From: Eledone cirrhosa
Taxonomy: Eukaryota
Assembly: GCA_964016885.1 (NCBI GenBank)
Contig: OZ024741.1
Location: forward strand, 223,324,001-223,388,000
Reading direction: 5' to 3'
Length of the DNA stretch: 64,000 bases
In this document: positions 41,225-51,949 of the stretch, one piece after another
How the letters are laid out: each line of letters starts with the position of its first letter
How positions within the stretch are numbered: the first letter of the stretch is position 1
Notes under the pieces: generated by a model
Seen by the model: only the letters and a program-made list of their open reading frames with translations
The model's database searches: none
Told to the model about the DNA's origin: nothing
Position numbers and translations under genes: made by a program

Positions 41225-41806
41225 CTATTATTATAAGTATTGGTAGAGCATCCGACAACATGCTTTGCAACATAGAGTTACGACCCTTTACGTTCTGTGT
41301 TCAAATCCCACTGAGTCTAGCTTTGCCTTTCATCCATATGGGGGTTGATAAAATAAAGTATCATTAATGCACAGGAGTCAATTTAATCAATTTTATCCCT
41401 CAGTACCAAAACTTTTGGTACTGTGCCTAAATCAGAGACCATTATTACAATGTAAATTGAGTTCAAATGTTACTGAGGTCAACTTTGCCTTTCGTCCTTT
41501 CGGGGTCAATAAAATAAAGTACTAGTTACGCAATGGAGTTAATTTAATCGACTTTCCCTCCCTACAATTTATTGGCCTTGTGCCTAAATTAGAAACCGTT
41601 TTTATAATGCAGATTGACAGTATTGATAGTGCCAGAAAAATGCTTTGTGGTATTTAGTTACAAATTTCTCCATTCTGAGTTTAAATGCTGTCATTTCTCT
41701 GATGTCAACAAAAAAAGTACCAGTTAAATTTCTAGGATCGATATAATCAACTTTCCCCTTCCCCCAAATTGGTGGCCTTGTGCCAATGCTAGAAAGAATT
41801 ATTATT
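41225..41806 (+). mobile_element. Three tandem SINE-A-type copies
   Basis: B-box, Deu-like cores and ggccttgtgcc..agaaa..attatt tails. Confidence 0.75.
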
Positions 41807-41822
41807 ACAATGTGCTACTCAC

Positions 41823-42008
41823 TCCACAGTATTCTGATTCATTAAAAACTTGTGGGGGTACCGGCACAGCCCCTTCTTTCCTAGATTTGCTGTTTTCACG
41901 CATCAAAGTCCGATCACTGACATGTTTCGGATCTGTTATGTCAATTTTTTCAAAGTCAATTTTCTCAGCAGTTAACTTGTTCAAAATGAGCTGTTGACAT
42001 TTTCGTTG
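41823..42008 (-). CDS. SH3BGRL: Internal coding exon (186 nt, phase 0-0) of an SH3 domain-binding glutamic acid-rich (SH3BGR/SH3BGRL family) protein
   Basis: Minus strand tcttttcag| ... |gtgagt splice sites. Manual translation QRKCQQLILNKLTAEKIDFEKIDITDPKHVSDRTLMRENSKSRKEGAVPVPPQVFNESEYCG resembles the family pattern KKQQ..L.A.KI.FE..DI...MRE...PLPPQIFNE..Y.G. Paralog assignment is not possible by eye. Confidence 0.93.
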
Positions 42009-42057
42009 CTGAAAAGATAAAAAAAAAGTATAATAATAATAACAATAATAATAATAA

Positions 42058-42231
42058 TTATTTCTACTTTTGGCAAAATTACCCAGTACATTACTGGTAC
42101 TTTATTTTATCGACCCTGTAAGGATGAAAGGCAAAGTTAACCTCGGCAAGATTTGAACTCAGAATGGCAAGGGCCTACACTCTATGCGTCAAAGGATGGC
42201 GTCCGACCCTCTACCGACACTGCCAATCCAT
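42058..42231 (-). mobile_element. SINE family A
   Basis: Reverse-complement match to 3917-4104. Confidence 0.87.
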
Positions 42232-42265
42232 AATAAATGAGACACTGATTTAATGTCATCATTAA

Positions 42266-42483
42266 CTCTTTAGTATTTAAACTGGCCGTATCCGGCCAGA
42301 ATTTTCTCACCTCTTTCTGTTCAAACTGGCTGTAACTGGCCACTCATACTGATGTTAAGGTATTGTTCTCAAAATATATATCAAAATCTCATAGATTCGA
42401 TAATATGTGAAATAATTATGTGACGTAAAGCCTTTACCATGAAAATATAATAGTAAATATAGAATAATGTAAATGCTAACAGG
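42266..42483. mobile_element. TTAA MITE (opposite orientation to 42757-42977)
   Basis: TTAA on both sides, degenerate 14-bp TIRs. Confidence 0.8.
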
Positions 42484-42756
42484 TTAAAGATGTATAGAGA
42501 ATAAAAAATGTGGATGAAAGCATAACTGAATGGTTAAGAAGTTCCTACACAATCATGGTGTCAGATTCAATCTCACTGTGTGGTATCGTAGTAAAGTGTC
42601 TTTACCATAGCCTTGGATCAACCCAAGGAAAGTCAATGAAATTGGGTAGATAGAAATTGTGTGGAAGCACATTGGACAAATTGTACCTGCAATTCTAAGG
42701 TCTAGCTTTGTCAAATATTGTAACATCATACTGATTTCATCTGAGGATTGCTTTAA

Positions 42757-42977
42757 CCCTTTAGCATTTACAATACTCTATATTTACTATTATATTTTTG
42801 TTGTAAAGGCTTTACCTCATATAAATATCTCACATAATATTGAATCTATGATATTATGGTGTTATTTATTTTGAGAACAATACCTTAACGTCAGTATGAG
42901 TGGCCAGTTACAGCCAGTTTGAACAGAAAGAGGTGAGAGAAATTTGGCTGGATATGGCCAGTTTAAATGCTAAAGGG
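42757..42977. mobile_element. 221-bp piggyBac-type MITE
   Basis: Perfect 14-bp TIR CCCTTTAGCATTTA, TTAA TSD. Confidence 0.88.
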
Positions 42978-44199
42978 TTAAGAGTGCAAGTGTCAGTGGA
43001 ATATTCAGCCACTTAAATATTAATTTGATGCGGCAGATGTTCACTTGATTGAACCACTGAATAATCATGATGGAAAAATAAACATGATACAATCTCATCT
43101 AACTTATCCTTCTCTCAATTATTATGAGACAATGAGTAAGCTCCCGGTGAAATACTTTCCACAATTGTTTGACCTTGTCATAATTATTTCACCTCACATG
43201 TGCTAATACATTTGACAAATGCATGAACATTATTTACCCTGCTTTCTTCTAATATATCTCAAGAATTGAGGCCTATATTGTCCATACAGTTCATATAACA
43301 ACAGTTGTGTCCCACAAATTAACATTACACTTTTCAACTAGAAAATACTTCAGTTTTAAAATGTTGCTCGACTTTTTACGAGGCACAGATACACATTACA
43401 CTTAAACACTGTTCACACACCATCATCATGGCAATGATGACTACTACCACCACTACAACCACTACCAGTCCTATCTCTCTCTCTCTGAATCATATCTAAA
43501 ACCACAAGCTGTTGCTCTGATGAACATCTTCTCAACTCAAAGAGTTTTAGACTACAATACATTTACCTACTCTTTATATCTTCTATCTTCATAACTCCTT
43601 TGAACTCACTGACTCTATATCACTCTCACATAAACCTACCTTCTTATCTATTATCTCACTCTTCCACCAAACCCCATACCAACTATTTTGTCTTATTCAT
43701 TACAACAACCAGGATCATGCAAAACTGGTTGTAAGACCAAGCCAGGTGTAAAATGTAGGTTACCACCCCCAAAGCTGCTAACAGACCAAGAACATGCGTG
43801 AAATGTAGGTATCATTTCAAACTAATCATTAAGTATTTTAGTAATCAGTGCTAAATTTATATGTTTTAAGTTCGGTTTACTGCTAAATGCATATACATGC
43901 AACATACACTATGTACTTATGAGTTACAGAAAAGAACTTAAACATGTGGTGAGTGGCCCCTCTCAAAATCATAGGCCCATGCCAACTTAGCCCATTTGCT
44001 CTCTCCCTTCAAGTCTGGCCTGACAACAAAAACAACAACTGACCTGCAACAATTCAAACTAAACATTAGCCCTCTTGATACCAAACCACCTGAAACCATG
44101 CTTGGTTTTATGAAACAAAACTGTTTTTTAATATTTATATTTATCTAAAAAAACCTTCCATCATAATTTTCCAAATTTTTAGTGATTTTCAAAATTACT

Positions 44200-45290
44200 T
44201 CTTCGCCCACTTATTCCTGGGAGAGTCATGGGGGTCCTGTCAGAAGCAACCGTCTCCAACTGACCTGGCTGGATCCCCAAGCGAGACCAGCTGAGCTCAT
44301 AGATGTTATTCAACCATCTTGCTTATGGTCTGCCCTTGGGTCTCGTGCCAGTTGGTTTTGCCTGTAAAATCTGTCCAGTGATTCTTTCCTGAGACATTCT
44401 AACAACATGCCCATAATATCAGAACTATGATCTCTCAATTTGGTGAAGAAGCAGCTCTCTGGTCTGCGAGCTATGTACTCTACCAAGAAATTTTGCTCCA
44501 AAGACTCTTCAGAGAAACCCATTTTGGTTGCTTGTATTCACAATTGTATTTTTTTTGTCAATACTCAAGATTCATGATTATAGGTAAGGGTTGGCATGAA
44601 TACCGAATTGAAGCATAGACTTTACTAGGGAGGCTTAACAAGGAGATACCTCCATAATTGGAGCAATCTCTCATCTCTCATTTTGAAAATTGAGATTATC
44701 ACTCCCAATTGCCATTGATTAGGTGCCTTTCCAAAGATCCAAGCCAACCAGCACACACGAGACAACCAAATTTCATCCTCCCCAGCAGCCATGCCACATT
44801 TGAGCTTTCCATGTCAGGTAGCCAGTGATAACATGTGCATTGAAGTCTCCCATCATGATATATGACTCAGTCTTAATTACATCTAATGCAGCAGTGACTT
44901 CATCAAGGAAGGATCTGTATTTGGACTCTCTGTTTGGCGCATAAACTTGCACCACCCACAGAGACCTATCTTTCAGCCTAAACTTCAAGAGACAAATCCT
45001 CCCTCTTAATGGGATCCAGTCCACAACACATTCTGACAGCAAGTGGTTTGTAAGTATCCCCACTCCCGCCTGTGCAATCATTTCTTGCGCCACACCTGAA
45101 TAGTAGAGTTCCCATCCTCCATCAAAATATACAGTACCAGAGCTACGGAACTTTGTTGAAGAACTCCGACTATATCTAACCGGTAGTTCCTTCTCCTTGT
45201 GTAATGTTTGTATTTTCATCCTATGCCACCCCAGATAGGTTGTGGGCCTATCACCAGTTCTTGGTGTGTTGAATGGAGAATGCAATATAT
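44200..45290 (-). mobile_element. Internally deleted RTE-type LINE (APE endonuclease remnant plus 3' end) inserted in a second TTAA MITE family
   Basis: ORF 44773-45297 with YSG..AGVGIL, QVYAPN and GDFNAHV; TSD ttttcaaaattactt at ~44186 and ~45291; host MITE ends at ~44070 and ~45352. Confidence 0.82.
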
Positions 45291-45529
45291 TTTTCAAAAT
45301 TACTTGAAAAGTATAATTAGTGTCTTCCCTTAGAAATATGGTAACGAGAGGGTTAATTTTATTATCCTCACCTACTTATGCCTATCCCTATGAAAGATGG
45401 GTTGAGAGGACTCTGCAGCTATATCAAAGACATGACAGCCTCCCTAGTGTTGGTGTCATGATAAAATGTACTTGGAAGAGTGTGGGAACATTTTGCAATC
45501 AAAATGTGGGCACCCAGAACTTTCGAGAA

Positions 45530-45712
45530 GTTGGTAGCATTGCTTGAGTACTGACTCAGTCTGACGCATAGAGTTACAGCCCTTGCTATTCTGATTTCAT
45601 ATCCCGCCGAGGTTAACTTTGCCTTTCATCCTTACGGGGGTCGATAAAATAAAGTACCAGTAATGTACTGGGTAATTGCTGGCCTTGTGCCAAAAGTAGA
45701 AACAATTATATA
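45530..45712 (+). mobile_element. SINE family A
   Basis: Deu-like core and tail match. Confidence 0.82.
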
Positions 45713-46873
45713 ATATTGATGATGATGTTGAAAATGATTAGAGAAGACGCAGCTTAACAATGGGGCAGTGTTTGGAGTCTGAAGTTAGTTCAGCAGAGCA
45801 GAGACCATTGTGGCATCAGATGTGACAGGAGAGAGGACACATCTGATTAATATACAAGTAATTATAAATAATTGGGTGATTAAATAAAGACCTTGCTAAA
45901 CAGACAGACATTTTTTTTTCTTCATGTGTATTGTGTGTGTAATGTGGATATGTAAGTAGTACTCTAGTCAGGTAGGATATATTACACCTTCAAGATTTCA
46001 GTATTCTTAGGCCATGGAAAATAGAACCGCACCCACCACTGCCACCACCATTATCGTCATTTTTACATTAAGTTTTCCATGCTGCTATGGATTAGACAGA
46101 AATTTTTTGAGACAATGTTTTACAGCTGGATGGTCTTCAAAACACTAACCCTTTTAGCTGCTTCTTACAATTTGCAGAAGTACACTATAGCTATTGAAAA
46201 CCGGAAAACTAAATAATATATAAATAGATACAACTTTTGTGACACATTCCTGATTCTGCGAAATAATAGATTTACCATAACACAGTTACTTTTTTTATTT
46301 TTTATTGCTTGATACAGTCTGAAGAATAGTTATAATAATATTAAAAAAAACCCTGCTGGCCAGTGTGTTATATAATATTAATGAATACCTATTCATACTG
46401 AATACAATGTAACATTGATGGTGTGGGGTGGAATGTTTTCAATAGCTCTCTCTTTGTGAATGGGTGTGTGTGTGTTGGGGTGGGGGTGGGGGACCTGAAA
46501 ATAAAACAAAATAAACTCTAAAATCATACACATTCCTAGAACTGAACATGTTAGAACGTGGATGCAAGAGAGTTTCCTTGTTCTGTTTAGCAGTAAGTAA
46601 ATAATAATTTAAAACTCAATGGGACTTAAATTATTTAGAATATCAGAAGACATTGCAATAATAATAATAATAATAATAAATATATAAATAATGATGATGG
46701 CACTTTTAATTATTCATAAAAGCCTGGAAAATTAATTCTAATTTGTTTCCCACAATATATATATATATATTAATAAAAGGAATTCCAACTTTGTCTGATT
46801 TACTCGTTTTATCTACAATCCTTTAAAATTTATAATGGTATTAGAATGAAATAGTTAAATGTTAAGTGTTAAT

Positions 46874-46912
46874 TGAACAAGTACTTTCATGCTTTCGCAA
46901 TCTTCAGGTTCA
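46874..46912 (-). ncRNA. Minimal hammerhead motif
   Basis: Same sequence as 5098-5136. Confidence 0.75.
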
Positions 46913-47074
46913 TATTGTGTGGTGACAGTCAAGTTTGCAATTTTCAACTTTACCATCGCAGTCCACATGATATCCTCTCAGTTCTCAAAGCTGGAGCTTT
47001 TCAGTATCATTTTCCTTTTTGGGAACAACCAGAAGACAGTTGAAAATTGCAAACTTGACTGTCACCACACAATA

Positions 47075-47113
47075 TGAACCTGAAGATTGCGAAAGCATGA
47101 AAGTACTTGTTCA
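47075..47113 (+). ncRNA. Minimal hammerhead motif
   Basis: tgaac-CTGAAGA-ttgcgaaagcat-GAAA-gtac-TT-gttca. Confidence 0.75.
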
Positions 47114-47261
47114 ATTAACACTTAACACTTAACATTCTACCATACTATTTCATTCTAATACCATTATAAATTTTAAAGGATTGTAAAATAAAATGAGTAA
47201 ATCAGACAAAGTTGGAATTCCTTTTATTAATATAATCTTCTATACACAATCATACACACCC

Positions 47262-47296
<35 letters not shown>

Positions 47297-47300
47297 ACGT

Positions 47301-47687
47301 AGAGGCACATGGCTTAGTGGTTAGATAGAGCATGGGGCTTGCAATCGAAAGGTTGTGAGTTCAATTCTCAGACCGGGTGTTGTGTTGTTTCCTTGAGCAA
47401 GACACTTTATTTCACATTGCTCCATTTTACTCAGCTATAGAAATGAGATGATAGGACTGGGGTCCCTATCATTCGACTGCAAAGTGGTCGTGGAGGTGCC
47501 ACAGCAAAAAAGTACCCAGCCCACACTGTAAAGTGGACGTGGAGGCGCCATGGAAAAAAAGCACCCACCACTCACTGTAAATGAGGTTGGTGTTAGGAAG
47601 GGCATCCAGCTGTAGAAATCAAGCCAGAATCGGTTCCTGTCCCACCCTTGCAAGCAGGGAAAAGCGGACATAAAATGATGATGATGA
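47301..47687 (+). mobile_element. SINE family B with internal ~50-bp duplication
   Basis: Matches 4258-4591; the ctgtaaagtgg..aaaaaagtaccca unit is repeated. Confidence 0.9.
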
Positions 47688-47959
47688 TATATATATAGGT
47701 AAGGAAGGTATAAACCTGATCACCACACCTGTGGTTTCGGCTTGTATATAGCAAGTCTTCTCAAGGATATACTGAGATATGAAGTATCTTTCTTGAATTT
47801 ATGTAGGAAACAGTTTGAGGGAAATAACTGAGGTTGGTCAGTTATTTCAGCCAGTGGTAGTAACAAGTGGTCAGGAGTGTCATTGTGGAAAGCTGGTGAA
47901 GAAATGTTGCACTGTGCTAAGGAGACGAAGGGTACAGAGGTCTGTCTTCTCCTCTGCCT

Positions 47960-48300
47960 TAGCCCAGTGCAACATTTCTTTGCCAGCTTTCCACAATGAC
48001 ACCCCTGACTGCCTAGTACTTCTTCAAAAGCACATCTGGAATGCTTCTCAGCTCTACCATCGCAGTCCACATGATATCCTCTCAGTTCTCAAAGCTGGAG
48101 CTTTTCAGTATCATTTTCCTTTTTGGGAACAACCAGAAGTCAGAAGGAGTTGTGTCTAGAGAGTAGGGAGTCTGGTGTATGAGCAAAGCCTTTCTTTGGG
48201 TCAACTGTGATGAATGTGCCAGAGTAATGTCATGATGGAGCTGCCAAGAAAACAGTCAGCAGCACCTTCATTTTTGCTCCACACTTGATGTATATTTTAG
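47960..48300 (-). pseudogene. Decayed mariner (D,D34D-type) transposase C-terminal half
   Basis: Reverse translation gives WQLHHD.TLAHS and HQTPYSLDTTPSDFWLFPK (cf. LHHDNAPAH, HPPYSPDLAPSDFWLFPK). Confidence 0.8.
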
Positions 48301-49010
48301 GAGTTTAGCAACATTGAATACTTCTACTATGATGGCTGTATTCAAGAACTCAAGACCCTTATTGGCAATACTGGGAAAATGTAAATGCAAAAAGTAAGTT
48401 GTACAACACCTCATATACTGGCTGTCTGACAGTGATTGACATATCCAGCAAGCTTGCCAAAAACCATACATACACATGAATGTGGCTCCACTAACATCAT
48501 TACCTCTGACAGGAAAAAATGAAGTTAGATACTTTTTTACAGATCTCATATGCATATCTGTGTATATATATAATATAAGTGAGTGAGTGAATGAGTGAGA
48601 GAGTGTGTGAGAGTGTGTGTGTGTGTGTTATACCATATATACCCATGTATAAGTCATACCCTTTTCCAAAACAATACAATATGAAAAACCAGTGATTTAT
48701 CTACTGAACCTACAAAACCTCAAATCAAAATATATGGTACACTGTAAATGTATAAAAATATAAGGTTCACACACATGTGCATATGCGTGTTATTCAAACT
48801 TGATATACAAGTCTTTTATGTTTTTGTTTTCTATAATATTTAATGTGTGACATAATTATAATGCGAGTCATAACATTATGGTATACCAACAAAAAAAAAG
48901 GTGATATAAACATACATTCTGGAATGTACCAATATACAAAGAGAGAGAAACCAAGGATAATCAACCTTGTACTATAGTTAAAAACCACCAGAAAAAGAAA
49001 TATTCCTTAA

Positions 49011-49218
49011 CCCTTTAGCATTTAAACTGGCTGTATCTGGCCAGAATTCTCTCACCTCTTTCTGTTCAAACTGGCTGTAGCTAGCCACTCATACTGATAT
49101 TAAGGTATTGTTCTCAAAATGGATAATATCAAAATCTCATAAATTTGATATTATGTGAGATAAAGCCTTTACCATGAAAATATAATAGTATATATAGAGT
49201 AATGTAAATGCTAAAGGG
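49011..49218. mobile_element. TTAA MITE
   Basis: TIR ccctttagcattta / taaatgctaaaggg; ttaa and ttga flanks. Confidence 0.85.
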
Positions 49219-49867
49219 TTGATCAATGTACATAATATATCTTTCAAATAAATAAATAAATTATCGAAATACAAAGATCTGGAAATAATGATAATCCAGA
49301 TGTGAGTGATGAAAACAGAAACGATCCTTATAACAAGAGGTGCCATGGGAGTAATAAAAATACATTACTAAACCCCAGACCTTAATGAAATTTTGATTAT
49401 GAAAACCCTGTCTCTCACTCACTCCACCTCTCTCTCTCTCTCTTTCACTCACTCACTCTACCTCCTCCTCTCTCTAACTAAAGCATAATCCTAACTTTAG
49501 CCTGCGTCATTTATTATGTTCTACATAATAAATGCATTGGAGATAAAGCAATGTATCTTATACAGCCAAATTAACCTTAAACGATAATTACTTCTCAGTT
49601 CTTGTATATACAATGCACTTTAAGCTCTGTTTTAAGAAGGTACTTATTCTGATAACCTACATTTGGAGGTGTAGGGGGGGGGGGGGGGCTTCCAAAAAGG
49701 TTCTGTATTACTTCATTTACCATATTGTAATTTTTTCATTCCTACTTTATGCCCACTCATTACTTTTTAATTGTACAAAGGGGTCATTTTATAATTTCTA
49801 CAAATTTCCTAACATGTATTTGGTTGTTTAACAGAAACCTTAGGGAAACTGAAAAATTATTATATTA

Positions 49868-50500
49868 CAAGCGGCCTTCCAGCCTTCACCCCGGTCTGTA
49901 TATATGAAAAGTTTATGGAAGCTTCCTACTCAGGAACAACCTACTTACAATTGACTGTGAGAAACAGCCCTCTTCTAGATGGTGACCGACAACCTGCAGT
50001 GTTTGACCTTGGGACCTGTTAATGGTCATTGCATAACTGACTCTCACAGGGAATTGCAATTGTTTGAAACAAAAAGGGACATCTGTTGGTATTAACGGTA
50101 TTCTAGGTATAAATACAATGTCTCCCTTACCACAGCCAGAGAAGATTTTGGCTTTGATTATGTGACTGAGCAGTCACACTCATACAATCATGGCTAATCT
50201 AGGTTTCTGAGAAGCATGGTGACTGTGCCCTTCTTCAATTCAAGGTTGTGTGGCAGCATACCAGACAGTTCCAGATTGTTGAGAAATTCAACGGGATAAT
50301 GAACAGCTTCATCCTCATTGACAACTTTGTTGATAGATTTATGGGTCTGTCTACCTCTAGGGATCATTTGTGAGAGATTTATTGATGGCGTTCACTGATA
50401 TTTTTGGGGCAAAGATTGCTCTTTCACACAGCCACTCCTCATTGGAATGGTGAATTTGGAAATTGGGGAACACTTAATTAAGTTTGCAACACTTTCCACA
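49868..50500 (-). pseudogene. Helitron RepHel PIF1-like helicase C-terminal remnant with element 3' end (element may extend to ~51137)
   Basis: Manual translation WLCERAIFAP and GKGDIVFIPRIPLIPTDVPFCFKQLQFPVRVSYAMTINRSQGQTL; GC-rich hairpin ccggggtgaaggctgg then CTTG|t at 49868. Confidence 0.88.
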
Positions 50501-50549
50501 GCAGTACAAAATGATGAAGGATCAAAACATCCTTCAGTATCAAGGGTTT

Positions 50550-50789
50550 GCTTTTCTATAAATTTAAACAGCTGAGAGGTGCTTATCTGTTACTCTGAGG
50601 GTCCCCTCCTTTTTCGTCTCTGATGTTCCCACTGAAGAAATCTCCGAGGCTGGGAAAATCTGTGGGGGTTCTCCCCAAACCCTCCAATTTTCCTTTGTTA
50701 AAAAACTTTTCTTCGCAAACCCCCAGCAGGTGCTTTTCTATAAATTTAAACAGCTGAGAGGTGCTTATCTGTAACTCTCAGGGTCCCCT
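50550..50789. repeat. Direct repeat pair (~57 bp) upstream of the Helitron helicase remnant
   Basis: gcttttctataaatttaaacagctgagaggtgcttatctgt..gggtcccct at ~50550 and ~50733. Confidence 0.75.
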
Positions 50790-51758
50790 TCACTCCCTAC
50801 CTCCATTTTTGGAAAAAGGAGTCGTTGGTAAGTGAGTTGGATGTCAGATCAGTCGAAAACAAATGAAAAAAAACGAGAAAAGAAGATTCTCACAGAAGAA
50901 ATCTCTGAGACTAGGAAAATCGAAGGGTCAACCCCTTACCCCTCCCCTCTACTCCTGATATATTGGCTATGTTGGAAGCTGGACATATCGTCGGACATAT
51001 TTCATTTTTGTAGCACAAACAAGGCAGCATCAGAACCATTGTTGACGTATTTGCACACATACTTTATGGTCCCTCCCTTGACACCCACCACATTCCGTTT
51101 TCAGAAAAGAAGGTATATTGGAGGTCATATTAGTTGACAGAAATTACTAAGGTAACCTTCCGTTGTCCTTATCACAGTTGGGATCAGTGGCAGATTTTCT
51201 AGTGATTCTAGTGATTTTCTACGTGATTCTAAAGGTAAGCTTCAACAGTTTCCAAATCTTTTTCCAGTGGACATGTGTGTATTCTATGAACTATTTCAAA
51301 TAAATAGATATTTATTTTTAAATATTTGTATATTCATAACATTACTTTACATTTATGTTAAATTTAGTTTCTATTACAATGCTTCATTAAATTTGCAATT
51401 TGTGTAACAATAATAATAAATAATGGAATACATTTTTACATAAACTTACATACAACTAATTAAGAACACTGTAGAGTTTCACATGCTCAACCTTTATATA
51501 AAATAAAATTGTCTTTTTACCATTTGCTCTATCAGGTGCTTTGGAAGAGATGGGCTTACATTGATTCTTTGAGCAAGAAAATCATTGAGAACTTATTTCA
51601 CATGGGAGAACTAGTATTAATAATTGTTTCTACTTTAATAAAATTAGAGTAGGCTACGTAGCTGGTCCCGGCAAGATAGAAAAACATGCTTTTAAAGCTT
51701 ATTTTACCGGTAAACCGTAAAGGGATGCAACTCTAGCCAGAGTCCCGTTACCATTAAA

Positions 51759-51949
51759 TAATTGTTTCTACTTTTGGCACAAGGCCAGCTATTACCCCAG
51801 TGCATTACTGGTACTTTATTTTATCGACCCCGTGAGGATGAAAGGCAAAGTTAACCTCGGCGGGATTTGAACTCAGAATGGCAAGACCGTAACTCAATGC
51901 GTCAAAGCATGGCATCCGACCCTCTACCGATACTGCCAATCCACCGCCC
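51759..51949 (-). mobile_element. SINE family A with TSD ttaccattaaataatt
   Basis: Direct repeat on both sides. Confidence 0.9.

Larger units (their letters stand above)
46768..47262. mobile_element. Fold-back Penelope-like end (same family as 4960-6635) with foreign 85-bp spacer
   Basis: Arms ~46768-46949 / ~47038-47233, ~30-nt tail to 47262, (TA)n flanks. Confidence 0.85.

Noticed and set aside
48301-48395. Plus-strand ag...gtaagt exon-like segment
   Set aside because: The obvious frame hits a stop before the donor, and it adjoins the minus-strand mariner remnant.
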